A stretch of 37,354 nt of DNA from a virus (lineage: Duplodnaviria; Caudoviricetes), in the IMG/VR virus record IMGVR_UViG_3300042940_000963, positions 1-37,354 of that record. One strand, 5' to 3'. Below, piece by piece: positions 26,284 to 34,737 of the stretch. The position numbers and the translations under genes were made by a program. The notes below the pieces were generated by a model. It saw nothing but the letters and a program-made list of their open reading frames with translations, was not told the origin of the DNA and made no database searches. The first letter of the stretch is position 1. Each line of letters opens with the position of its first letter.

Positions 26284-26942
26284 AAACAGAGCTGAAAATT
26301 GATTGGGCGACGCATGAATCGGCAAAGTATGCAGTTGAAAATTGGCATTACAGTGAATGCCTCCCAGCCGGTAAACTCGTGAAGGTTGGCGCATGGGAAT
26401 CAGGAAAGTTTATCGGCTGCGTAATTTTCGGAAGAGGCGCTAATAACAATATGGCAAAACCCTACGGGCTGACGCAGCTTGAATGTTGTGAGCTCGTCAG
26501 AATCGCGCTTACAAAACACCTCTCACCAGTCTCACGGATTGCGGCGCTTGCGATGCGATTTCTTAAATCACAATCGTCAGGATTGAAACTCATTGTTAGC
26601 TATGCCGACCCAGAACAAGGACACCACGGCGGAATCTATCAGGCAGGGAATTGGATTTATTGCGGAAGGTCACAGGCGCAACAGGAGGTCATTTACAAGG
26701 GCGAGGTGATGCACAAGCGGACGGCAAATGCGCTTTTTGGAACAATTAAAGGAATGCAGAAGTCTGCTATTTTTTGGAAGCATAAGTATCTAATGCCGCT
26801 TGACGCCGAGATGCGCGCCAAGATTCTCCCTCTCGCAAAGCCTTATCCAAAACGCGCCGGAGGTGACACCACGGACACGCCAGTCTTCCAGACTGGAGAG
26901 GGCGGCTCGACACCGACCCCGGCGCTCCAATCTTCTGAATGA
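26280..26942 (+). CDS. mom: Mom-family (GNAT-fold) DNA adenine modification enzyme
   Basis: NWHYS, ELVRIAL and IVSYADPEQGHHGGIYQAGNWIYCG motifs characteristic of Mu Mom homologues. Confidence 0.8.
   Translation: MKTELKIDWATHESAKYAVENWHYSECLPAGKLVKVGAWESGKFIGCVIFGRGANNNMAKPYGLTQLECCELVRIALTKHLSPVSRIAALAMRFLKSQSSGLKLIVSYADPEQGHHGGIYQAGNWIYCGRSQAQQEVIYKGEVMHKRTANALFGTIKGMQKSAIFWKHKYLMPLDAEMRAKILPLAKPYPKRAGGDTTDTPVFQTGEGGSTPTPALQSSE
26854..26929 (+). tRNA. non-canonical tRNA-Gly(TCC)-like element inside the mom 3' end
   Basis: 76 nt. Acceptor GCGCCGG/CCGGCGC, then T and CCA; D-stem GTG/CAC; anticodon stem CCAGT/ACTGG with loop CTTCCAG; T-arm GGCGG-CTCGACA-CCG(A)CC. Confidence 0.8.
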
Positions 26943-27568
26943 GCGACGCCGCGCAATCACCGAGCGAAATCCTCGCCCGCCGCAACGTCCAAAACATCGC
27001 GGTCAAGCTCAAGGCCGGCAAGACGCTGACGACCTCGGAGCGGAAGGCGCTCAACGAGTTTCAGGCCGAGCAGACGGGCGGCTGGGTGAAAGACCTGAGC
27101 GCACTGGCGAAGGAGCTGGGGATGTCTCGGCAGGGCATTTACGATGTCCGCAATCGCTTTGCGGACGCGCCGAAAAAGCACGAGGACGGCAAGCGCGAGA
27201 ACCTGACGGCGTGGCAAGCGTTTTGCGCCGAACACCTGATTGGCAAGGACACGGCGACCAAGAATCTCGCCGACCTCAAAGCCGAACTCATGCGCGAGCA
27301 AATCCGTCTCGCCCGGTCCAAGAACGAGCGCGAGGCCGGCGACGTGATTGATCGGGAGGTGGTCGAGGCGATGCTCGTGACGCTCGGCCAAAAGCTCGAC
27401 CTGCTGCTGCGGCTCAAGCTGACGATCGAACTCGGACCTCGTGGCGTCGGGATGAACGCGGCAGAGCTGAACGTCGAGGGCGGCGCGATCTTGTCGGAGA
27501 TCCGCGAAGTCGTGAACGCGAATATCGCGACGTTCGAGGCCGAGGCGCTGGACCGGTCGAGGGAGTGA
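26939..27568 (+). CDS. terminase small subunit (Nu1-like)
   Basis: HTH LSALAKELGMSRQGI, coiled coil LKAELMREQIRLARSKNE, AGDVIDREVV. Confidence 0.75.
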   Translation: MSDAAQSPSEILARRNVQNIAVKLKAGKTLTTSERKALNEFQAEQTGGWVKDLSALAKELGMSRQGIYDVRNRFADAPKKHEDGKRENLTAWQAFCAEHLIGKDTATKNLADLKAELMREQIRLARSKNEREAGDVIDREVVEAMLVTLGQKLDLLLRLKLTIELGPRGVGMNAAELNVEGGAILSEIREVVNANIATFEAEALDRSRE

Positions 27569-27589
27569 AGCGATTGTTTGAAATAGTGC

Positions 27590-27617
27590 TTGCAATCAAT
27601 CAAACGGTGGGCATCGT
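27590..27617 (+). promoter_or_regulatory. putative promoter of inserted cassette
   Basis: TTGCAA-16 nt-CATCGT ending 7 nt before ATG 27625 (leaderless geometry). Confidence 0.35.
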
Positions 27618-27624
27618 CTAGCGC

Positions 27625-27789
27625 ATGAACTCAACACAAACGGAACAAATCAAAGCGCGCGCCAAATTTCTTAAACTAGAAAAGGCTGCGCACGATGCTG
27701 ATTATGCTCGGCGCTGCGCGGCGGCTCGCGAAATTGCGCTCGCGAAGATTGCGGCGCTTCAAGCAATCGAAGCCGCGCGCGCTAAATAA
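27625..27789 (+). CDS. 54-aa Ala-rich helical protein
   Basis: Translated by hand: MNSTQTEQIKARAKFLKLEKAAHDADYARRC...ARAK*. Confidence 0.55.
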   Translation: MNSTQTEQIKARAKFLKLEKAAHDADYARRCAAAREIALAKIAALQAIEAARAK

Positions 27790-27799
27790 AACCCAACCC

Positions 27800-27827
27800 G
27801 CCCCGAAGAAACTAAGGGGCTCTTTTT
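27800..27827 (+). terminator. terminator-like hairpin
   Basis: GCCCC-11 nt-GGGGC followed by TCTTTTT. Confidence 0.45.
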
Positions 27828-27831
27828 ACCC

Positions 27832-28152
27832 ATGAAACTTACCAAAAACGACGCGGAAGAAGTCGCGCACAAGCTCGGGGTTTTGGCAGATTCGCCAGAC
27901 TTGCAAGATGATTACGGTCTTACTCAAAGCCAAGCCGATCAACTGCGAGCCAGCGTCCCGCTGTCTGGCGGTCCGTGGATAATTCCGTTGTGGGGAATGG
28001 ACGCGGTGCGCGGAGAGATGGCAGACCATTGCGTTGTGCTTTCCGGCATTGCTTCCGACGCTCGCTCGAATCGTGAGTTTGGGCAAGCGTTGCGAATTTC
28101 CAAGCAAGCAAAGCGGCTTAACGCTATTTTTTCAACCGAGGGCGAAGCATGA
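27832..28152 (+). CDS. hypothetical protein
   Basis: 106-aa ORF coupled to the next gene. Confidence 0.6.
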   Translation: MKLTKNDAEEVAHKLGVLADSPDLQDDYGLTQSQADQLRASVPLSGGPWIIPLWGMDAVRGEMADHCVVLSGIASDARSNREFGQALRISKQAKRLNAIFSTEGEA

Positions 28153-28328
28153 CCGCCGGCGGCAAACGCACCGGCGCAGGCCGCAAGCCGCTCGCGCCTG
28201 ACCAACGCTCCGTCGGCGTGACGGTGCGCCTCCGTCCGCAAGTCGCGGCGCGGTTTCGCGATTTATGTAAACGGGCGGGCGTGAGCCAGTCGTGGGCGTT
28301 CACAGCGTGGATTAACCAATCGAGGTAG
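28149..28328 (+). CDS. ribbon-helix-helix DNA-binding protein
   Basis: MTAGGKRTGAGRKPLAPDQRSVGVTVRLRPQVAARFRDLCKRAGVSQSW...: GGKRxGAGRK motif, then a strand and two helices. Confidence 0.7.
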   Translation: MTAGGKRTGAGRKPLAPDQRSVGVTVRLRPQVAARFRDLCKRAGVSQSWAFTAWINQSR

Positions 28329-28330
28329 CT

Positions 28331-30121
28331 TTGACCGCCTCCGACGCACTCCTCACCACGCTGCGCCTTCCGCAGCCCGACCGCTCGCCAATCTACGAAT
28401 GGGCGCGGAAGCATATCGTCCTGCCGGAGAGCTACGCGACGCCGGGACCGTTCAACGTGAAAATCTCGCCGTGGCTAATTCCGATCTTTGACGCGTTGCA
28501 GAATCCACTCGTGAGGCGCGTGCACTTCCGCAAGGCCGTGCAGATCGGCGGCACGCTCGTCGCTGACATCTGGGTGCCGTGGCTGATCTGCAACGACGCT
28601 GGGCCGATCAGCTGGACGATGCAGACGGACGAAATGATTGACCGTCACGCGAAGTCACGGCTGAACCCGATCTTCGAGTCGTGCAAGCCGGTCGCCGCGA
28701 TGCTTCCGCGAGTCGGGCCGCACCGGACGACGACCGAAATCTACTTCGGCGGCTTCTTTTTTCTGCTCAACCCGGCCAACCTTTCCAGCCAACAGTCGCA
28801 GTCCATCCGCTATAAAATAAATGACGAGATTTGGCTGCCGAAGTGGCAGGAGGTTTACGGTCACGCCGTCGCCCGCGTCAGTCGCTTTGAGGAGGTCGGG
28901 CGCTCCAAGATTTACAACACGAGCCAAGCGCCGATTATGGACCTTGAGACCGGCAACGTGGAAGACACGAGCTTCCGCCAAGGCACCCAGCAGGAATGGA
29001 GCACCGAGTGTCCGGCGTGCCACAAGGTTCACCCGCTTGCCTTCGCGCTGGACAAGAACGAGGAGACCGGGCTGCGGGGCGGCGTGGTCTGGGATGCAGC
29101 GGCGCGGCGCGATGACGAGACGTGGGACGTTGCGCGAGCCGTCGAGTCCTGCCGATTCCGTTGTCCGCATTGCGGCCACGAGTCACCGGACACCGACACG
29201 ACGCGGACCGGCTGGAAGCGGGCCGGGCGGTTCGTTTCGCTGAACGAGGCTGCGCCGGCGGAGATCCAGAGCTTCCGCGTCGAGTCGCTTGTCAGCCGGC
29301 CGATGCGGCTTCTGGTCGAAGAATTCTGCGAGGCGGACAACCATTTCGTGCGCCAAGGTGACGACAAAATGAAGATCGAGTTTCGCACGAAGCGCGAGGC
29401 GCGGCCGTGGATTGTCGAGAAGAAGGTCGTCAACCTCTTCGTGCAGGCGAGCGACTACACCGTCGCTCAGTTCTCCAACGGCGAGGCAATCGACGGCGAG
29501 GTGATTCGCTTCATGGCCGTGGACCGTCAGCAAGACCACTGGTGGGTCGAAATCGGCGCTTTCAGCTCGGCGACCGGTCCGACCTACCGGCAGCTCTATT
29601 TCGGGCGCGTCGAGACGCGGGACCAACTCCGGCAGTTGCAGCACCGTTACAAGGTGCAGGACGCGTGCGTTGCCCAAGATCGCGGCTACCGACCCGCCGA
29701 CGTTGACCGGGATTGCGCGGACTTCGGCTGGCGAGGGATGCGCGGATACGCTCGCAAGACTTGGACGATGCGAGACGAGGCAAGCGACAAGCTGATCAAC
29801 TTCCCGTTCAGCGAACCACGAGTGAGCGACTACCGGGGCGGAGACGTGTTTTATTACGACTGGTCTGGCGACTATTTCAAAGACCTGCTTGCGAACGCGC
29901 TGGAAGCCAAGGGCGACCTGAAATGGCTTTTGCCGAAGGACGTGAATCCGCTCTACCTCGAACACCTCAAGGGCGAGTCAAAGGTTGAGATTCGCACCGG
30001 CGTTTGGGAGTGGCGCGAGGTGAAAAGCAACGCGCCGAATCACGGTCTCGACACCTCGGCGATGCTGCTCTGCATGGCGACGATTGCGAACGTGATTCGC
30101 TACGCAGCTCCGAAGGAATAA
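28331..30121 (+). CDS. terminase large subunit, lambda gpA family
   Basis: IYEWA, deviant Walker A KAVQIGGT, Walker B YKINDE, CPAC/CPHC, MAVDRQ, NHGLD. Confidence 0.9.
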   Translation: MTASDALLTTLRLPQPDRSPIYEWARKHIVLPESYATPGPFNVKISPWLIPIFDALQNPLVRRVHFRKAVQIGGTLVADIWVPWLICNDAGPISWTMQTDEMIDRHAKSRLNPIFESCKPVAAMLPRVGPHRTTTEIYFGGFFFLLNPANLSSQQSQSIRYKINDEIWLPKWQEVYGHAVARVSRFEEVGRSKIYNTSQAPIMDLETGNVEDTSFRQGTQQEWSTECPACHKVHPLAFALDKNEETGLRGGVVWDAAARRDDETWDVARAVESCRFRCPHCGHESPDTDTTRTGWKRAGRFVSLNEAAPAEIQSFRVESLVSRPMRLLVEEFCEADNHFVRQGDDKMKIEFRTKREARPWIVEKKVVNLFVQASDYTVAQFSNGEAIDGEVIRFMAVDRQQDHWWVEIGAFSSATGPTYRQLYFGRVETRDQLRQLQHRYKVQDACVAQDRGYRPADVDRDCADFGWRGMRGYARKTWTMRDEASDKLINFPFSEPRVSDYRGGDVFYYDWSGDYFKDLLANALEAKGDLKWLLPKDVNPLYLEHLKGESKVEIRTGVWEWREVKSNAPNHGLDTSAMLLCMATIANVIRYAAPKE

Positions 30122-30148
30122 GGCCGGTTTGACGTTTCGAGCCTTGGT

Positions 30149-30385
30149 ATGCTCGACAACCCATTTCTCGGACTGGACACCGCGACGCTTACCGCGCTCA
30201 AGACCAAGACGATTGACGCGATTCAAGCCGTGCTCCTGAACCAAAGCTACTCGCTCAACGGCAAGAGCGTGAGCCGGGCAGACCTGACCGCGCTCAACAA
30301 CATGCTCGGCAACTTGCAAGACGCCTTGACCGACGCAGCCGGAACGTCAACCGATACGACCTTCGTGAGCTTCAACGGAAACTGA
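30149..30385 (+). CDS. head completion protein (gpW-like)
   Basis: QSYSLNGKSVSRADL; lies between TerL and portal. Confidence 0.75.
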   Translation: MLDNPFLGLDTATLTALKTKTIDAIQAVLLNQSYSLNGKSVSRADLTALNNMLGNLQDALTDAAGTSTDTTFVSFNGN

Positions 30386-30386
30386 C

Positions 30387-32555
30387 ATGAGCACCGACTT
30401 TTTCGACGCGTCAAAACTGGTCGCAAATAAACCGTGGATTGACCGGGCGTTGGAGAACATCGCGCCGACGTGGGCGCTCAAGCGTTTGGAGGCACGCGTC
30501 GCGAAGTCGCTTTTCGAGTATAACGCGGCGCGGACTAATCGCCTTTACACGCCCAAGCAATACACCCAGCCGGCCGAGAGTTCGCAGAATCAGCGGGACC
30601 GGGTGGTCATGATGTATGAGGCTCGCGACCTCGTGGACAACTTCCCCGAGGCGCGGGAAATTTCGCGCAAGTTCGGACTCTACCTGACGCCGCACGAGTA
30701 TTCTCCGACGACCGGGGACCGCGATTACAACCGCGTGATTGACGACTATTTCCACGCGTGGTGCAAAAACTGCGACGTGACGAACCGGCACAGCTTCAAA
30801 AAGCTCGTGCAGCTCGCAGCCGAGGAACGACCGATTGACGGCGATTGCGGCTTTGTGATTCGGCGCAGCGGCGAGGGTTTGAAACTGCAACTGGTGCCGG
30901 CGACGCGCATCGGCAATCCGAACGAGTCAGCCGTCGCCTCGAACAATTACTTTCAAGGCGTCGTGACGAACGACTTCGGTCAGCCAGTGGCTTACCGGAT
31001 TTTCCGCGTGGACCGGAACGGCGTTTATTTCGGCGCGGAGGACATTCCGGCGAATCAGTTTTGCCACTACTTTGACCCGTTCCGCGTTGACCAATACCGG
31101 GGCGTGACGGACCTGCACAGCGCAATCCAGACGGCGCGGATGCTGCACGAAATCTTGCAGGCGGAAAAGGCGGGCGTTCGCTTCTCGTCGCAGCAGGCGG
31201 CGCTGATCTTCAACGACCGAGGCGTCGCGAACCCGCGCAACCTTTTCCAGCCAAACCCTGCGGCGAACTTGCCGAGCGGCCAGACGCAAAAGAACGAGCT
31301 GACCGAGGTCGGCATGATTCGATATTTCCAGAACAGCGACCGCGTGGAAGTCATGCCGTCGCGTCCGTCGCAGGCTTTCACCGGATTTGTGCAGCACCTC
31401 ATGCACGAGATCGCGCTAGGCGTTGGCGTGCCGGAAGGCGTGCTGTTCGGCACGCAGGAATACAAAGGGCCGAGCGTCCGCGCAGAGTTCGCTGCGGCTG
31501 ATCGAGTGTTCACGAACAAGCAGGGCGTGCTGACCGACAAGGTTCTCGACCCGATCAAGGACGCCGTGATTCTCGACGCCATCGCACGCGGCGAGATTCC
31601 GCCGCCTCCGCTTCTCGCGGGCGAAACAATGGTTCAAGCACTGCGCCGAGCGACCAAGGGCGAGTGGCGCTTCCCGGCGAAGCTCAGCATCGATGTCGGC
31701 CGCGAGAGCGCCGCGAACATGAACGAGAACCGGCAGGGCGCGAAGTCGCTGCAAGAGATCGCGGCCGAGGAAGGCACCGACGCTTTCTCGCGGCTCGAAC
31801 AGATCGCAATCGAGGCCGGTTTCGTGAAGGAACTCGCGGTCAAATACGGCGTGCCAGAGACGGCTATTCGCCTCACGACGACCTCACTCCCGAGCACGCC
31901 AGCGGCCGCAGCCGCAGCAGGCGATGCGGTGGGCGCAAGCGCAGCCGAGGCGCAGGCGGCGAGCGTCGCGGCGGCACCCGCTGCAATCGAGCCGGTTCAA
32001 CAAGTGCAGAACGACGCAAATCTCGTCACGATCAACTTCGCGACCGACTCCTACATTCCGACAAACGCGATGGCGGAAAACGCTCGCCGCGCTCTCGACG
32101 TCCGCGAGCAAAAGCCAATTTCACAGCGCGGCATGACGAGTATCGGCATCGCTCGCGCTCGCGACCTCATGAACAAACGGCCAATGTCCGAGGACACCGT
32201 TCGCCGGATGAAGGCATTTTTCGACCGCCACCAAGCCGACAAGCAGGGCGAGACGTGGAAGGACCAAGGCAAGGGCTGGCAGGCGTGGCACGGCTGGGGA
32301 GGCGACGAGGGCTATTCGTGGGCGACGGCCATCGTTGAGCGTTTGAACAAGCAAGAAGTGCCGAAGGAACTTAACGCTGAACCGTTCGTGATTCGTGAGG
32401 CTCTGCTCAAAAACAAGGACGCCGCCGAGGTGTTTAAGACATTCTGCAAGACCGCTTCGCCGACGCTCGAAGAAATCGACAAGCAGCAACGCGTGGTTAA
32501 AATCTACCGCAAAGTTTCGGAGATTTTTGAGACGTTGAAAAATCGCACCAACTAA
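30387..32555 (+). CDS. portal protein, lambda family, with C-terminal extra domain
   Basis: ARDLVDN, DGDC, DQYRGVT, IALGVGVP motifs; Ala-rich linker then an additional domain. Confidence 0.9.
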   Translation: MSTDFFDASKLVANKPWIDRALENIAPTWALKRLEARVAKSLFEYNAARTNRLYTPKQYTQPAESSQNQRDRVVMMYEARDLVDNFPEAREISRKFGLYLTPHEYSPTTGDRDYNRVIDDYFHAWCKNCDVTNRHSFKKLVQLAAEERPIDGDCGFVIRRSGEGLKLQLVPATRIGNPNESAVASNNYFQGVVTNDFGQPVAYRIFRVDRNGVYFGAEDIPANQFCHYFDPFRVDQYRGVTDLHSAIQTARMLHEILQAEKAGVRFSSQQAALIFNDRGVANPRNLFQPNPAANLPSGQTQKNELTEVGMIRYFQNSDRVEVMPSRPSQAFTGFVQHLMHEIALGVGVPEGVLFGTQEYKGPSVRAEFAAADRVFTNKQGVLTDKVLDPIKDAVILDAIARGEIPPPPLLAGETMVQALRRATKGEWRFPAKLSIDVGRESAANMNENRQGAKSLQEIAAEEGTDAFSRLEQIAIEAGFVKELAVKYGVPETAIRLTTTSLPSTPAAAAAAGDAVGASAAEAQAASVAAAPAAIEPVQQVQNDANLVTINFATDSYIPTNAMAENARRALDVREQKPISQRGMTSIGIARARDLMNKRPMSEDTVRRMKAFFDRHQADKQGETWKDQGKGWQAWHGWGGDEGYSWATAIVERLNKQEVPKELNAEPFVIREALLKNKDAAEVFKTFCKTASPTLEEIDKQQRVVKIYRKVSEIFETLKNRTN

Positions 32556-32556
32556 G

Positions 32557-32955
32557 ATGAGCACAAAGACCGACCACGAAGAACAGTTGGGCGCGATTAT
32601 ACTCCATCACGCCGAGGAATTGCAGCGCATGGCGGCGGAGATTCCCCAGCTTCGCACGGCGCTGGCCGTCGCCGAGCACGAACGCAAATCGCTGGCCGAT
32701 TCTCCGAGCATGGTTTCAGCCGTTGCGAACCTCGCGCAAATCATCACCGCGTTGCAGGGAATTTTGGCGAAACCGCCGCAAGCCCCCGAGATCAACGTGA
32801 CCATTCCCGAAATCAAACTGCCAGACGCGCCAACTGCGCCGGCAATCGTTTTCCCGGAATGGCCGAAGCCAGAAAGCAAATCGCGCATCGTTTTTCGCAT
32901 CACGAAACGCGACGGACTTGGCCGGATGGCCGAAGCCGTTGCCGAGCTGGAATAA
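32557..32955 (+). CDS. hypothetical protein (coiled coil + Pro-rich)
   Basis: PEINVTIPEIKLP and FRITKRDGLGR; follows the portal gene. Confidence 0.65.
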   Translation: MSTKTDHEEQLGAIILHHAEELQRMAAEIPQLRTALAVAEHERKSLADSPSMVSAVANLAQIITALQGILAKPPQAPEINVTIPEIKLPDAPTAPAIVFPEWPKPESKSRIVFRITKRDGLGRMAEAVAELE

Positions 32956-32972
32956 TTTAACACACAAAAAAA

Positions 32973-34733
32973 ATGGCCGACAACGTAGGATATACACCGG
33001 GCGAAGGCGCAAGCGTCGCAGCCGACAACATCGGCGGGCATCTCTTTCAGCGCGTGAAACTCGCGCTCGGCGCGGACGGAGTGAACGACGGCGACGTCAG
33101 CGCAGCAAATCCGGTTCCGGTTACGGGCGCGGTCACGGTGGGAAATTTCCCGGCGCAGACCGGGCTGACCGACGCGCAACTTCGGGCGAGCGCGGTTCCC
33201 GTTTCTGGAACGGTCACCGCCAACACTGGATTGTCGCAACCGCTAACCGACGCTCAGCTTCGCGCCGCAGCGGTGCCGGTAAGCGCGGCAAGTCTCCCAC
33301 TCCCGACCGGCGCAGCTACGGCGGCGTTGCAGCCGGACGTGATGACAACGCATCCGACCTTCGGCAGTCGCGGCTCCGTCGTGCGTCAGGCTCCGGCTGA
33401 TATTTGGTCGGTCGGTTTTGCTGACAGCGGATCTGGCTTGCTTGCATCCGAATTCACGCAGCGGCGTCTCGGCACAGGCATGGGCGTGACGCAGGCGAGC
33501 AGCAACTTGCTGGTGACAACCGGCACCACCGCGAACAGTGAATTTCTGGCGCGAAGCACGACCGCGTTCAAGGGCGCGTTCACGGCTCGCCACAAAACGA
33601 TTCTTTCGCAGCGCATCGCGCAAAATAACTTTGCCGTGATGATGGCGGACATGATCGGCGAGGGCTTGGCCTGCACGATCAACAGCGCGACCTCAATCAC
33701 CGTCACAAAAGCGGCGCACGGATTTACGACGGTCAACGTCGGACAGTTTATGATGGTGGGCGCGATTACCGGCGCGAACGGCGTGCCGAATCGCTACGCC
33801 ATCGCGTCCATCCCATCGGTGGACACGATCAACTTTACGGTCGCGGGCTGGCCAGCGTCTGGAAGCTGCACGGTGGATTTATTCGGCTGGAACTACCTCT
33901 GGACGCAATATTCCGGCACGACTGCGACCAACGCCAGCATTGACGCGCAGCGGCGCGGGTGGAACTCGGGCCTGACGACGGCAACGATTAACACGACCGC
34001 CGCGCCGGGGCACGTGATGCAAACTTACGCGGACGGGCGAAATGTCGCTTGGTCGGACGCGCTAGTCGCCAGCGCAACGACGCCAACCGTAACGACTCGC
34101 GGCAGTCGCGTTGAATCTCTGCCGGACGACGACGTGAACCTTTACGTCTATTTGTGGAGCTACAACGGCACGAGCGCACCCGCGAGCACGACGACGTGGA
34201 CGCTCGGCTTTATCGCCGTTGAGGACAACGTGAACGTGCCGACGTATATCGCTGGCGTTCGTCCAAATGGCAATGCGGCTCCGTTGCCGGTGGCGGTGCA
34301 AGGCACAGTCGCAACGTCATTCACCCAACCGGCGCTGGTCGCAGGCTCGGCTCTAATCGGAGACGTGGGCATCCAATACCGTGGCAGCGCGACGGGCGCG
34401 GCCACGCTCACCAACGTCAACAGCCCGGCCACCCCAGTCGCGCAGCAGCTCAAATCCGGCGCAGGCAGATTGCTCGGCATCCTCGTGACTAACACCTCTG
34501 CCTCAACGCGGTGGCTCAAAATTTTTAATCTAGCTTCCGCCTCGGTCACCCCCGGCACGACGGCGGCAACGACGGAAATCGGCATTGGCGCGGGCCGCAC
34601 AATTAACTGGTCGCTTGAGGGCGGTGCGGGCTTTGCGACAGGCATCACGATTATGGTCACGGGCGGGCAGGGTCTGACCAACAACACTGGAATCACCCTC
34701 GGCGACGTAACCGGCTTTACTTCTCACGCTTAA
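32973..34733 (+). CDS. virion structural/fibre-like protein
   Basis: QRVKLALGADG...VSAANPVPV N-terminus, duplicated LTDAQLRA.AVPVS, Thr/Gly-rich beta domains. Confidence 0.7.
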   Translation: MADNVGYTPGEGASVAADNIGGHLFQRVKLALGADGVNDGDVSAANPVPVTGAVTVGNFPAQTGLTDAQLRASAVPVSGTVTANTGLSQPLTDAQLRAAAVPVSAASLPLPTGAATAALQPDVMTTHPTFGSRGSVVRQAPADIWSVGFADSGSGLLASEFTQRRLGTGMGVTQASSNLLVTTGTTANSEFLARSTTAFKGAFTARHKTILSQRIAQNNFAVMMADMIGEGLACTINSATSITVTKAAHGFTTVNVGQFMMVGAITGANGVPNRYAIASIPSVDTINFTVAGWPASGSCTVDLFGWNYLWTQYSGTTATNASIDAQRRGWNSGLTTATINTTAAPGHVMQTYADGRNVAWSDALVASATTPTVTTRGSRVESLPDDDVNLYVYLWSYNGTSAPASTTTWTLGFIAVEDNVNVPTYIAGVRPNGNAAPLPVAVQGTVATSFTQPALVAGSALIGDVGIQYRGSATGAATLTNVNSPATPVAQQLKSGAGRLLGILVTNTSASTRWLKIFNLASASVTPGTTAATTEIGIGAGRTINWSLEGGAGFATGITIMVTGGQGLTNNTGITLGDVTGFTSHA

Positions 34734-34737
34734 TCAA

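Noticed and set aside
26854-26929. tRNA-like sequence as an attP remnant
   Set aside because: No integrase was found, and att cores usually copy only part of a canonical host tRNA. This element is full length with non-canonical features. Not fully excluded.
28520-28560. TerL inactive because its Walker A lacks GKT
   Set aside because: gpA-family terminases use a deviant Walker A with the lysine at the motif start, and KAVQIGGT fits this.
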